DNA from: Octopus vulgaris
Lineage: Eukaryota
DNA: 64,000 bases
Assembly (NCBI GenBank): GCA_951406725.2
Contig: OX597826.1
Span: forward strand, 11,284,001-11,348,000
Direction: 5' to 3'
The first letter of the stretch is position 1; every line of letters begins with the position of its first letter. Below are positions 13,190-27,198 of this stretch, piece after piece. The notes under the pieces were generated by a model. That model searched no databases. It saw only the letters and a program-made list of their open reading frames with translations, and was not told the DNA's origin. A program made the position numbers and the translations under genes.

Positions 13190-13403
13190 TTTCTACTATA
13201 GACACAAGGCGTGGATTATTTTAGGGAGGGAGGTAGTCAATTAAATCGACCCTTAGTGCGTAACTGGTACTTATTTCATCGACCCCGAAAGGATGAAAGG
13301 CAAAGCCAGCCTCGGCGGAATTTGAACTGAGAGCGTAAAGACGGATGAAATGCCGCTCAGCATTTTGTCCGGCGTGCTAACGATTCTGTCAGCCCCACGC
13401 CTA
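13190..13403 (-). mobile_element. SINE family C copy in (AAT)n
   Basis: ATCGACCCCGAAAGGATGAAAGGCAAAG...GGAATTTGAACT...CTAACGATTCTGTCAGC. Confidence 0.8.
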
Positions 13404-13410
13404 AATAATA

Positions 13411-13470
<60 letters not shown>

Positions 13471-13613
13471 GGAACAAGAAGAAGAACAATAATCTTAATG
13501 ACGGTGACGATGATAATAGACAGGAAGAGGAAAAGTAATTGCGATCGAACTAATTACGTATCTTTGATCCGTATCAACGTCATTTCCTCATTTATGATGC
13601 ATACATGCCTTCA

Positions 13614-13653
<40 letters not shown>

Positions 13654-13801
13654 CATGCATACATACGTTCGTACGTTCGTACGTAGATACGTACAAAAAG
13701 TGTGTGCGTATGTGAATGCATATATATATATACATATATGTATCTATTTGTATTTGGGAAAACATAATACAGAGAAAAGGTAAAACAAGGTAGTGTTAAC
13801 T

Positions 13802-13832
<31 letters not shown>

Positions 13833-14067
13833 CATCTTAGTGATATATCTGTACGTTTGTCTTTACACACACACGCAGACATCACAGCGTGGTGTATATA
13901 GGAAGGCACTGATGTAGTTAGTATATCATACGAGGTATATAGAAATAACATGAATCTGTTGATATTAGCATGTTAATAAATAAATGTAAACAGACAAATA
14001 AAAACAAAAAAAAAACATAATTTACGATTGAATATCAACAACAACAACAACAGCAGCAATAATAATA

Positions 14068-14137
<70 letters not shown>

Positions 14138-14145
14138 TGATGATG

Positions 14146-14206
<61 letters not shown>

Positions 14207-14482
14207 CAACTAACACACATGTATGCGCTTGTAATATGTACAACTAGAGTTCGATAAAATATCAGTGGTATTCGTTGAGTGAGTGTATATAATAAAAATG
14301 CTCGTGTATAATACACAAGTTCGAATGAGTGGAGAGATGTTACGGTCCGTTGTTACTTTTTCTTCGTGTGTTGTATGCATGTATGCGTGTGTACCCGAAT
14401 GGATAGCCGGAAACAGTTATTGAAGCGATTACGAAATATGTAAAATTGTTTTAAAGTGCAATTATTTATACAAGAGGTGTGC

Positions 14483-14580
<98 letters not shown>

Positions 14581-14752
14581 TATGTTTGCGTGTTTGTGTG
14601 CGAGTGCGTGTTTATATTTTGCGAATCTGCGTGTGTACGTACTTCGAAATATGTTAATCGTATGTAATAGCCATTAATTATGACTGCCTGCATACACACA
14701 CACACATACTCACACACAGACACACATAGACACAGATACACACACACACATA

Positions 14753-14826
<74 letters not shown>

Positions 14827-14939
14827 CAGAGTTTAATCAATCTCTCTAATTTGCCGTGTTTTTTTTTATCATTTGACTTTTCCGTAAATCTCTTCCGAAA
14901 GTAAATGAGCGATGAAATAAATATGTAATAAATACTGCA

Positions 14940-15016
<77 letters not shown>

Positions 15017-15249
15017 AACAGATGACATGGAATTCTGAAAACACACAGCGATTCTATATATTTGTATATATTAATATACTTACGCATAGGCAGTCGTGTT
15101 TCTACTACAACATATCAAATATACATACATATATCTCTTTTTCTAGGTCTGGAAATACATAACGTTGATCTGTATATTTGTCTCAATATATATTTTTTTT
15201 CGGAAAAATATAAACACAACAACTATAGTTTGTTGCGTTATGGTCTCAC

Positions 15250-15346
15250 CTGAATAAAATCGATTCACCTTTCTTCCATTTGGCCGTGTCTTCAACTCGC
15301 TGCTTTATATGGAAAGCCACTAACAAAACTAAGCGACGCTGATTGG
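15250..15346 (-). promoter_or_regulatory. Candidate Dbx core promoter (CCAAT box, TATA box) and possible short non-coding first exon
   Basis: Minus strand reads GACCAATCAG (CCAAT 15346-15342), then CATATAAAG (TATAAA 15309-15304) about 33 nt later, then a CAG|GTGAGA donor at 15250/15249. It is oriented toward the Dbx ATG 3.7 kb away. No matching acceptor was identified. Confidence 0.4.
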
Positions 15347-15459
15347 TCGAGCTGCATCAAATAGGCATCGGGGCTTCTTCGGGGGGTTTTTGTTGTTGTT
15401 TCTTGTGAAATTTGTAATATGACTGGCTGAGTGGCTGGCTGTTGATATTGGTGTTAATA

Positions 15460-16119
15460 ATGGTAGTGGTAGCGGTGGTGGTGGTGGTGGTGTTTGTGAC
15501 CGTGTAAACGGTGGTGGTGGTGACGGTGGTATAGGGGCTGAATGTGGTGGTGGTTGTGGCGGTGTAATTGAATGCGATCGTGGCGGTGTTTGTAAAGGTG
15601 TTACTGATGGCAGTGGTGGTGGTGGTGGTGGTTGAGAATGTGTAATTGGTGGTGGTGGTGGTAGCGATAGTGGTACTAGTGGTGGTGGTGGCGGTAGCAG
15701 TTATGGTGGGTCGAGGTGGTGGTTATGAAAAGGTAATTAATGACGGTAGAGGTGGTTGCGGTTGTGACGGTGATGGTAGTATGTGTGCGTGTGTGTGTGT
15801 GCGCGTACGTCTGTGTGCGTGCGTGTGTGTGTGTGTGTGCGTACGTCTGTGTGCGTGCGTGTGTGTGTGTGTATATGTGTTAGTGATAGTAATGATCGTA
15901 CAGGTGATGGTGGTAGTGGTAGCAGTGGTGTTAGTGATGTAATTATAGTGTCGGTGGTGGAGATGGTTGTGGTGGTGGTGGTGGTGGTAGAAATAGTAGT
16001 AATGGTTGTAGTAGTTGTAGTCGTAGTGGTGGTGACCGTAGTCTAGTGGCGGTGGTGTGCATACGCCAAAGGTTGTGGTGGTTGTGGTGGTGCTAGCGGA
16101 AATAATAATAATAATAATG

Positions 16120-16168
<49 letters not shown>

Positions 16169-16218
16169 TGATAATAATAATAATAATAATGATGATAATA
16201 ATAATAATAATAATAATG

Positions 16219-16276
<58 letters not shown>

Positions 16277-16302
16277 TACTGATGATGACGATGATGATGA
16301 AG

Positions 16303-16347
<45 letters not shown>

Positions 16348-16670
16348 ATAGTGGTTTTAGTAGTAGTAGTAGTAGTAGTAGTGTTATTAAACTGCTGATT
16401 GTTATAGGGTTTGTAGAGATGATGGTGGTGGTTGAGCCCCCAAGTCAGACCTAATCGATCAGAAAGATTCTCCAGTCGTGGCCATCCCCTCTTTTTCCTT
16501 TGTGCAGCGAGCACCCCCACCCACAAACACACACACCCGCACCACAACAGGGCCACACATTATCCCGTTCCTAAGCTGTGAAGGTGTTTCCGGCTGTTAT
16601 TTCTAGCATGTCAAGCATTTTCGTACAGGCTCCCTCATTGGCTCAAGACCCTGTTGCTATTGTTGTTGTT

Positions 16671-16701
<31 letters not shown>

Positions 16702-17815
16702 TTGGTGGTGGTGGTAGTGGTTGTGGTGGCGTTGTTGTTGTTGATAATGGCAGCGGTGGCGGTGATGGTGGTGATGGCCATGTTCGTGAAGGGGTAAATG
16801 GTGGTGCCGGTGGTATAGGGGGGAGGCTGGATGTGATGGTCGTCGCAGTAGAATTATTGTTGTTGTTGTTGTTGTTGTTGGTGGTGGTGGTTGTGGTGGA
16901 GGTGGTAGCGGTGGTTATAGCAATAATTGTAGTTAATGATAATAGTAATGGTTATAGTAGCAACACAGATGGTAATGATAGTGGTGGTGGTGATGGTGGG
17001 GGGGGCGATAATGGTCGCTTTATGCCACCATGTTTGTTGCTTTCTTTCGTCATCACACACTCACACTACCTCCCACTCCTTCACTCCATCCACTCCTACT
17101 CCCTCCTTATTTACACTCCAATTCTCATTTCTCTCCTTCTTTCACGACTTTCTTTTATTTCGCACACATTTCCCCCCGTCACCCCTTTCTCCCTTTCACG
17201 CTCTTTCTTTCTTTCCTTCCTTCTTCATTCTTTCTTTCTTTCTTTCTTCTTTCTTTCTTTCTTCTTGTTCTTGTTCTTCGTTCTTCTTCTTCTTCTTCTT
17301 TTCTTCTTCTTCTTCTTCTTCGTCTTCTTCTTCTTCTTCTTCTTCTTCTTCTTCTTCTCTTCTTCTTCTTCTTCTTCTTCTTCTTCTTCTTCTTCTTCTT
17401 CTTCTTCTTCCCTATTCTTCTTCTTCTTCTTCTTCTTCTTCTTCTTCTTCTTCTTCTCCTTCACCTGCTAATTACTTCAATATTTTTTTTTATTATTCTT
17501 CTCATTCTTCCGTTTCTTCCTTTGTATTTTTCTCTTTCTTTTAATATATCCTCCGATTTCTTTATCTTTTTTTCTTCCTATTTTTACTTCTTATTCTTTT
17601 TCTCGTTATTTCATTCATTCTTTCTTTCTTTCCTTCTTCCTTTATCCTTCTTTATTCACTCATTCATTCACTTTCTTCCTTTCTTTTTTTTTCTCATGTC
17701 TTTATCTTTAATATTCGACTTTTCACTTTCATTTATTCATTCTTAAATTCTTTCATTTTCTTCTTCCTTCGTGTTTTCTTTTGCATTTCACATTCATCCA
17801 TTAGTTCTCTCCCAA

Positions 17816-17858
<43 letters not shown>

Positions 17859-18221
17859 ATATCTATCCATCTATCTATCTATCTATTTCTGAAGTTCTTT
17901 TCAGTCTTTCTCTCGTCTTACACTAAACATGTATTTATTGTTGTTGTTTTGTCATTCTTGCTTTTCATCATCAACATCATCATCATCATCATCATCATCG
18001 TCATCATCATCATCTACTCTTCCATTTTTATTCTCCATAATTTCATTGTTGTTCATATAAATGCCCCTTCTCTCTTTCTTTTCCTTCCTTCCTTCCTTCC
18101 TTTCTTTCTTCCTTTCTTTTTTTCCTTCTTTCTTTCTTTCTTCTTTTCTTTCTTCCTTTCTTTCTCTTGATCATTCAACACTTCACATCACAATGTTTCA
18201 CCTTTCTCTTCCTTTATTAAT

Positions 18222-18287
<66 letters not shown>

Positions 18288-18699
18288 TTCTTCTCCTTCT
18301 TCTTCTTTTTCTTCTTCTTTATTCTCGCCCCCTCTCTCCCTCTTTCATCTCTCGCTAACACATCTTCCTCCTTCAGCAAGTATTGTCATTCCTCCTCCCC
18401 ATCCACCACGTATTTCTGACCCACCACCTTGCTCTTCCTTTTTCTTTTACTCCTTTCATCTCTTTTTGTCTACCGTGTTGTTTTTTTCATTACTCTTCCC
18501 GTGTCTTCTCCCCCCTCCTCCTCCTCCTCCTCCTTCTTCTTCTTCTTCTTCTTCTTCTTCTTCTTCTTCTTCTTCTTTCTCCTTTTTTCTCCTTCAATCC
18601 ATATCTAACGACTAACCATTCTGGGCCCCCTTTCTTCCGTACCCTGCAAAAAATATACGTCGTTCTTTGCAACATTTAAAGTCAATAAACATTTACAGC

Positions 18700-18796
<97 letters not shown>

Positions 18797-18830
18797 TCTC
18801 TCTGTCACACATACACACACACACACACAT
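15460..18830. repeat. Compound triplet and polypyrimidine microsatellite block ((GGT)n, (AAT)n, (GTT)n, (TTC)n, (CA)n, (CT)n) upstream of the candidate promoter
   Basis: Directly visible. Confidence 0.95.
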
Positions 18831-18902
18831 CATATACATGTGCGCTAAAGGTTAAGAATTACAAATCCAATGAAATGAAAGTCACAAATGAAAACACACA
18901 CA

Positions 18903-18949
<47 letters not shown>

Positions 18950-20066
18950 CTGTACATACATACAACAGAAAAAACAACCAAACAAAACACGCGTATAATT
19001 ACAATGGCAAATACGCACACACATACATACAGAGACACACTCGCATACACAAACGGTACGTCATAGAACGTGTATAATGTATAATAATAATGATAATAAA
19101 AATAATATATTAGACACACACGTATGCACACGCCTACATACACACACAACACACATACATACATGCATACATACACATATACACACTCACACCTGAACTT
19201 ATGTGCTCAAATATGTTTTTATTTGGTTTTTTATTATTTCTGTTCCCTTTCTTTTATTACCGTAGACTCCTCCCAACATCACCGACACCGTCATCTCTAT
19301 CTTTAATAACATTACTATCGACTCCCCACTTTGTTTTTATTATATTCATAATGATGGTGATGACGACGGTGATGATGATGATGATCATCATCATCAACAA
19401 TTACAGTAGCAACGATAACACAATGGTTATACTTATTTCGGTCGTCATCAAAAATCATCGGTCAGCGACGATAACAATAACGGGGCCTCTACGTGGTCAT
19501 ACGTCGAGAGAGAAATAACAACCAATGCCGCCTGGAATCAGTTTGAATCACCTTAGAGACAAATAAAAATAATAAAACAGGACGCATTGGATAATGTAAA
19601 AAAAAAAATGGGTTCGTCTATATATAGGGATAACTTTGATCACAGTTCTACGCAATCATTGCTGACCTGGGTTTAAACAACATTTAAGATTCATCAAGAC
19701 TGCTCTGAAATATTTAGGTAACCTAGGGTTACTCGATATGGTAAAAATTACAGTCAAACTCCTTCAAATGTTAAAGCGGTAACTTGGTAGAATCTTTAAC
19801 ATGTCCGACAAAATGCTTCGCAGCATTTCATTCAAATGCTACGAAGCTCCATAACAGAAGTATTAGTCGCCCACTAGGGTCATTATAATCGATTATCACC
19901 CACCCCCAAAATTTCAGGCCTTGTATCTAATGGAAAATTTTTTCCCACTTTATCACCATCTTTTAAATAGATGAATATACGTTAAAGAAAGCGATTTTTA
20001 GTTTTCTGTAGGTACAACAAAGGCGGAACGGTCGTCGTTGAAATGTCTTTCAATTATATTTGGTCT

Positions 20067-20297
20067 GGCGGCGAGCTGGCAGAAACGTTAGCACGCCGGG
20101 CGAAATGCGTAGCCGTATTTCGTTTGCAGTTACGTTCTGAGTTCAAATTCCGCTGAGATCGACTTTGCCTTTCATCCTTTCGGGGTCGATAAATTAAGTA
20201 CCAGTTACGCACTGGAGTCGATGTAATCGACTTAATCCGTTTGTCTGTCCTTGTTTGTCCCCTCTGTGTTTAGCCCCTTGTGGGTAGTAAAGAAATA
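20067..20297 (+). mobile_element. Full-length SINE family C (long tail) with TSD TATTTGGTCTGG
   Basis: Complete unit; direct repeat at 20057-20068 and 20300-20311. Confidence 0.9.
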
Positions 20298-20633
20298 TGT
20301 ATTTGGTCTGGGACAAAAGAGTAACTGAAACAATAAAACAACCACTGCCAAATGAGCCTGTAGCTGGTTGTTTTATCTGCTAGAAGCTGCAGTCAAATCT
20401 TCCGGGTGCCATAACTAATTAAGAAAAAACATTGGGTAATATTTGTACCCACTTAAACGTCAGTGTTCTGTTAGAATAAACTTTACAGCAGACGATGCCA
20501 GGAGTTTCTCTCGTAGTGTTTACCGCAGTATAGTTTGTTCCTATAGAACATTCACATTTAAGTGCGGATAAGTATTATCTCTTGGTATTAATGCTACCTC
20601 TGTCGCTGATATACATCGGGTAATGGTGGCTCA

Positions 20634-20892
20634 GTGGAGGCGCGTGGCTTAGTGGTTAGGGTGTCAACACCATGATCGTAAGATTGTGGTTTTGATTCCT
20701 GGACCGGGTCACGCGTTGTGTTATTGAGCAAAACACTTCATTTCACGTTGCTCCAGTCCACTCAGCTGGTAAAAATGGGTAACGCTGCGATAGACTGGCG
20801 TCCCGTCCAGCTGGGGAACACATACGCCATAGAAATCGGAAAACTGGGCCCATGATCCTGGCTAGGCTTTAAAAGGGTGCATTTATTTTATT
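20634..20892 (+). mobile_element. SINE family D (tRNA head + V-domain-like block, (ATTT)n tail)
   Basis: GTGGAGGCGCGTGGCTTAGTGGTTAGG...GCTGCGATAGACTGGCGTCCCGTCCAG; diverged TSD TAATGG(T/A)GGC(T/C)CAG. Confidence 0.85.
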
Positions 20893-20939
20893 TTTTAATG
20901 GAGGCCCAGAAAAAGCAAAGCAAGACGCCGTTGTCACAG

Positions 20940-21337
20940 TTACTCTTTTACTCTTTTACTTGTTTCAGTCATTTGACTGCAGCCATGATGGAGCACCGCC
21001 TTTAGTCGAGCAAATCGACCCCAGCACTTATTCTTTGTAAGCCTAGTACTTATTCTATCGGTCTCTTTTGCCGAACTGCTAAGTTACGGGGACTTAAACA
21101 CACCAGCATCGGTTGTCAAGCGATGTAGTGGGACAAACACAGACACACAAACATATACACACTCATACATATATATACATATATACAACGGTTTCCGTCT
21201 ACCAAATCCACTCACAAGGCTTTGGTCGGCCCGAGGCTATAGTAGAAGACACTTGCCCGAGGTTCCACGCAGTGGGACTGAACCTAGAATCATGTGGTTC
21301 GTAAGCAAGCTACTTACATACAGCCACTCCTGCGCCT
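20940..21337 (-). mobile_element. SINE family B (tRNA head, CORE-like block, internal microsatellite, (GAGTAAAA)n tail)
   Basis: Reverse complement of the 61337-61746 type. Confidence 0.85.
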
Positions 21338-21484
21338 ATACAGTTAAAAGATATTTGATCACAAAATGCTCATTTAGTGCTGAATTATGATTAAAAACAC
21401 CACCGCCACCACCACCACCACCACCACCACCACCACCATCATCATCATCATTAGCTGCAGCAGCATGATTTTTTCTTTTTTGTT

Positions 21485-21779
21485 CATTCTCGAGCCACAT
21501 CTGGCTCATAAGGGCCGGTTTCCCGGTTTCCTTGGCGTATAGGTTCCACACATGGACGGGACGCCGGTCCGTCGCAGGTGAGTTGCAAGATGCAGGAGGA
21601 AAGAGTGAGAGAAAATTGTGGCGAAAGAGTCGGCAGAAGTTCGCCATCACCTTCTGTCGGAGTCCCGTGGAGCTTAGGTGTTTCGCTCATAAACACACAC
21701 ATTGCCCAGTCTGATATTGGAACCTGCGATCCCTCGACCGCGAGTCCGCTGCTCTAACCACTAGGCCATGTGCCTCCAC
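21485..21779 (-). mobile_element. SINE family A variant with V-domain-like tail
   Basis: tRNA-like head, then CTGCGACGGACCGGCGTCCCGTCCA. Confidence 0.75.
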
Positions 21780-22504
21780 AGCAGCATTATCTACTGAATC
21801 ATAATTCCAAATCATCCCAACGCTGTCATCTCAAGAACGTTTATAAGCGTCATTTCACATCTATCCCCCCCCCCCCCGAAAACAATCTATTATTTTGTAA
21901 CTTATGTAGAAATATAGATATCTCAAATTTGGAGTTCCATTTTCGGAATTCAACTCCTGATAAAGTGGGAAATAATTCTCCAATAGATACAAGGCCTGAA
22001 ATATTTGGGGTGGGTGATAATCGATAATTATGACCCTAGTGGGCGACTAGTACTTCTGCTAGGGACCTCCATAGCATCTGAATAAAATGCTGCGTAGCAT
22101 TTTGTTGGACATGTTAAAGATTCTACCGCTTTAACATTAAGCATAATAATTCGTTCTAAATTTGATATAAGGCCAGAAATCCTGAGTAGAGGGGCTTTGT
22201 TGATTACATCGAAATCAGTACTTGACTGGTATTTATGTTATCAACTCTGGAGGGGTGAAAGGCAAAGTTGTCCTCGGCGAGATTTGAACTCGGAATGTAA
22301 AGAGCCGTAACTAGATACAATTATTTTCTCCGACGCTCTGACGGTTCTGGCAACAGGTTATATAAAAATTAGGGGAGAAGTGAAATACGTTGTACAACTA
22401 AACAAAGGGACAAATTAAAAATGTATGCAAACTTACAAATAACAACTTAGAATGATTAAATAATACTCAATAATTAAAACAAGATATACTTTATATAAAA
22501 AATA

Positions 22505-22661
22505 AACGTGGCTGTGTGGTAAGTGGCTTGCTTATGAACCACATGGTTCCGGGTTCAGTCCCACTGCGTGGAACATTGGGCAAGTGTCTTTTACTATAGC
22601 CTCGGGCCGACCAAAGCCTTGTGAGTGGATTTGGTAGACGGAAACTGAAAGAAGCCCGTCC

Positions 22662-22700
<39 letters not shown>

Positions 22701-23184
22701 ATAATTAAAAATGAGGGTGTCTGAGAGACACCACCATGCCGAAATAGCAGTCGAAACTCTGACTATAAAAACCACGTTAAATGTTCACATCGTGCCATGA
22801 GATAAGACAGAGGGACAAAATAGACAAGCAAAAGTTATTGAATAATTCAAGATCCAGGATTTCTGGTTTTGCTTTAAATAAGCTTTACCGTCTTCGGTTG
22901 AATATATCAAGAGTACATAAATACAGATATATATATGCAGAACAAACGATATACTTACATATACGAACGTCCATACATATGTACGTATGCACACAGCCAG
23001 TTAAATTGCCCCCCAGAACACCCCATAAGCACGATATGGTTAAAATAAACACCGCAGTGAATATAATAACGTATTATATAAATTTATAAATGAGGATAAT
23101 ATCGATATTTAAATATCGATATTATCAAGTGGCCAGCATGGGAAAAATACCGTACAGAGGTAATAATTTTTACAATTAAAAATA

Positions 23185-23243
<59 letters not shown>

Positions 23244-23486
23244 GTATATATATATATGTGTATGTATGTGTGTGTGTGTGTGTGTGTGTGTTTGTCCCCC
23301 CAACATCGCTTGACAACTGATGCTGGTGTGTTTACGACCCCGTAACCTAGCGGTTCGGAAAAAGAAACCGATAGGATAAGTACTAGGCTAACAAAGAATA
23401 AGTCCTGGGGTCGATTTGCTCGACTAAAGGCGGTGCTCCAGCATGGCCGCAGTCAAATGACTGAAGCAAATAAAAGAAAGAAAGAA
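22505..23486 (+). mobile_element. SINE family B split at its internal (TA)n by a ~480-bp hammerhead-bearing insert (about 22702-23182)
   Basis: Head 22505-22660 and tail about 23270-23486 are collinear with intact copies. Confidence 0.8.
22845..22903 (-). ncRNA. Type I hammerhead-like motif (CCGAAGA core variant)
   Basis: Minus strand: ATTCAA-CCGAAGA-C-GGT(AAA GCTT ATTTA AAGC AAA)ACC-A-GAAA-TCCTGGATC-TTGAAT. Perfect 6-bp stem I, palindromic stem III ATCC(T)GGAT, AUC triplet. Confidence 0.7.
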
Positions 23487-23975
23487 TGGAAAATATTTAA
23501 GGCCTCGTCACTGCACAGGTGAGAAACTACTAGCTAGGTTGGGTCAGAGCACCCCAGATCTGTTCCAGCTTGTGATTGCTCCTATGAGTATCGTGCAATT
23601 ACAGGTATCTATTTATAGTTTCTCTATTGGTTGAGAGACGAATCAACCCGTGGACTTAAGATTCTCCTGCTTCAGTTTTTTTTAATTCTTTTACTTGTTT
23701 CCGCCATTTGATTGTGGCCATGCTGAAGTACTACCTTGAAGGGTTTTTTAGTCGAACAAACAGACCCCAGGACTTTATATTTTTTAAACCGTTAAGTCTC
23801 TTTATATTTTCCGTCTTGTGTCACTTTCAATCTTATTTGCTTCTTAGTGATCCACATATCTGAGCACCAATGTCTTATTCTGTGTATAACAATCTTATTT
23901 GACTGTCGGAAATCAGTGAGCTTAATTTCATCGCCTTCATCTTAGTTGTCATACATGCTGTAAGGTGAGGTTTCA

Positions 23976-24294
23976 TCACCGTGATCACCGTGACCGACCA
24001 GGCTGTCAGATGTTGCTACACATCGCTGGTCACAATGCGCTTCGCATTGCTTTAGCCTTCAAATGACGCCACCCCGCTGGTTAAGCAAGCAGGCCAACAG
24101 AAGAAAGAGGGAGAAAAAGTTGTGGCGAAAGAGTACAGCAGGGATCGCCACCACCCCTCCCGGAGCCTCATGGCGCCTCATGGAGCTTTTAGATGTTTTC
24201 GCTCAATAAACACACACAACGCCCGGTCTGAGAATCGAAACCGCGATCCTCCGACGGCGAGTCCGCTGCCCTAACCACTGGGCCATTGCGCCTC
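23976..24294 (-). mobile_element. SINE family A, tail type ending (CACGGTGAT)n
   Basis: Reverse complement of 32317-32628. Confidence 0.85.
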
Positions 24295-24732
24295 TGCTAC
24301 TGTTTCTGTGGACAGGGTGCCTCCAAGCTGCTCTTGTTAACACAAAATTAGTAGCTGATCTTCCTGTACGACATTACAAGTAGTAATGCCTTTATTCTGC
24401 TCCTACGCCCGAGGGCCAGCTCTGGGGTGCCCTCGTAGCCGTTAAGGATCAAGAAGAATTCTATGTACATTAATACAGCCACCCAACTAACTCTCATTTT
24501 CAGCAGTCACATTTTTCTACAGGGCCATGAAAATGGCGACAACCTAAGGGACAATGGTGAGGGTAAAGAATACGTACACCAACAGTTTTCGGTGTTTAGG
24601 GTCAGGAGCAGATTTAGGGTTACGCCAAAAACGGGTGGTGTGCGTATTCTTTACCTCCGCCAGGGACGATATCGTTCCCAACATCTTTTAACTCTGACCC
24701 TCGTATTTCGTGCACCAAGAAAGAGTGTACAA

Positions 24733-24964
24733 AAGGCGGCGAACTGGCAGAAACGTTAGCACGCCGGGCGAAGTGCTTAACGGTATTTCGTCTGCCGCTA
24801 CGTTGTGAGTTCAAATTCCGCCGAGGTCGACTTTGCCTTTCATCCTTTCGGGGTCGATTAAATAAATACCGGTTAAGTACTGGGGTCGATGTTATCGACT
24901 TAATCCCGTTGTCTGTCCTTGTTTGTCCCCTCTGTGTTTAGCCCCTTGTGGGCAATAAAGAAAT
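24733..24964 (+). mobile_element. Full-length SINE family C with TSD AAGAAAGAGTG(T/C)ACAA
   Basis: Complete unit with flanking 16-bp direct repeat. Confidence 0.9.
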
Positions 24965-26324
24965 AAGAAAGAGTGCACAAGGACACAGGCTTTTGTACAT
25001 CACCTGTGTTCGGTCTGTTTACTTCTTACTCGTTCCTGAAAACTATACATAAGGGATCTATACGATTTACCTTGCCTAACTGAAGTAATACCTTTCAAAG
25101 GATCAGCTAACGATATATACAACTGTAATTTGTGGGTATAAAGAAAGCTTCCGTATTCCTAGCAAGGCACGATTAGGTGATTTAATTTGGTTTTCCCTAT
25201 TTCTCGCTCTTTAATAACATAGTCAGGGAGAATAACATGGTACTTAGCTACACAACTTTGCGATAATGACTTCATTTGTGTGTAAACACCGCTATTTAGT
25301 TTTTGAGTGTTACATGTAACGTTAGAAAACGGACGAATGAAAAATTCCTGACTTGACAGCGCCTTCACTCAATAAAGCTCATGTGTGTATGTGTGCGTGT
25401 ATGTGTGTGTGTGTATGTGTGTGTGTGTGTGTATGTGTGTGTGTGTGTGTGTGTGTGTACATGTATGTGCGGGTGTTGTTGTGTTTGTGTATACTGCCAA
25501 CATCGCTAATGAAGCCACCATTTAAAAAAAAAAATCTCTTTATGTCAATATTATTTTTTCATCAAGAGCATCTTGTGACAAAGAAAAAGCATTTCTCTTT
25601 TTTTATATTGCTGAAAACGTGTATTTTGAAAGTATTTTTGTTCGATTTCTCTATGTCAGGAGGGCGTATCTTTTTGCAGTCGCCGAAGACGACATTATTT
25701 GCAAATATCCGAAGACAAAAACCAAAATATTAAAATACTTTTTTGTAATAATTTTTGTGAAAATAAACTCACTCAATAAACTTACTCAAGATTTCTTGGT
25801 TTATAAAACCGAAATGAAAGAAGAAACTTCATTTTCTTTGGTAAGGACAAAATAAGTTTCACCTAAACCCTATGAAGTATCAAGAACAGCCAACAAACAA
25901 TTCAGCAGTGAATCACAACAACAACATCGTTTCTTTCGAATTTTGGTACAAGACCCGCAATTTCGAGGGAGGAGACTTGTCGATTACATCGAAGCCTCAA
26001 TGCTCAGTTAATACTTATTTTATTAACTGAGAAAGGATGAAAGGCAAAGTCCGACATCAGCAGGATTTCAACACAGAATATAAAGAGCGGTCAGAAATAC
26101 TACTAAGCATTTTGTCCGGCGCGCAAACGATTCTCCCTGCTCGTTACTTTTTTTTTATTTTGGCACAAGGCCAGCAATTTTGATGGGAGGGGTATGTCGA
26201 TTACATCCAGTACTTGAATGGCAATTTATGATGAATGCCAATTTCTTGCCTTTCTTTTTGTGTGTGTATGTTCATCGAACAAACAGTCGATTAATTACTA
26301 TCTTGTATCAAATAGGTATGTATC

Positions 26325-26755
26325 TTTTATCTTTTAATTGCTTCAGTCATCAGACTGCGGCCATACTGGGTGGGGCACTATCTTGAAGAATTTTAGTCGA
26401 ACCAATCGATTCCAGTGCTTATGATTTTTTGTCATAAGGCCATATACTTACTCTATCGGTCACTTTTGCTGAACGGCTAAATTATCGGGACGTAAACACA
26501 CTAACACCGTTGATGAGAGAAGGGTGGCAAACATCGACGCATAGCCACAGACGCACCCCCCCACACACACATACACATACGACAGGCTTCCTTCAGTTTC
26601 TGTCTACCAAATCCACTCAGAAGACTTGGTCAACCAGAGGATATAGCAGAAGACACTACCAATTCCATTCACAAGGCTTTGGTCGGCCGGAGGCTATAGC
26701 AGAAGACACTTGCTTAAGTTGCCATGCAGTGGAACTGAAACCGGAACCATGTGGT
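26325..26755 (-). mobile_element. Diverged SINE family B with small internal duplication
   Basis: Match to family B; the CTACCAA.TCCA.TCA...GCTATAGCAGAAGACACT block is present twice. Confidence 0.75.
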
Positions 26756-26968
26756 ATATATATAAAGATCCTTCCCAACTCATAGTCCCAGTTTCCCGGA
26801 TTCTCTGGGGGTATTTGTATATTCCCCACTGAGCGGGATACTGGTCCGTCGCAGGAACGCTCATTTTTTCCCTCTAATATATGTGTTGCTTTGTGTTTCG
26901 CTACCATCACTGCTGGACAATCCTATTTCGTCTTTTTGTGTGTGTTGACATCCCAGTAACATATCTTT

Positions 26969-27198
26969 TTTTCTTTATTGCCTACAAGGGTATAAACATA
27001 GAGGGGACAAACAAGGACAGGCAAACGGATTAAGTCGATTATATCGACCCCAGTGCGTAACTGGTACTTATTTAATCGACCCCGAAAGGATGAAAGGCAA
27101 AGTCGACCTCGGTGGAATTTGAACTCAGAGCGTAACGGCAAACGAAATATGGCTACGCATTTCACCCGGCGTCCTAACGGTTCTGCCAGCTCGCCGCC
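26969..27198 (-). mobile_element. Full-length SINE family C
   Basis: Reverse complement of the 24733-24964 type. Confidence 0.85.
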
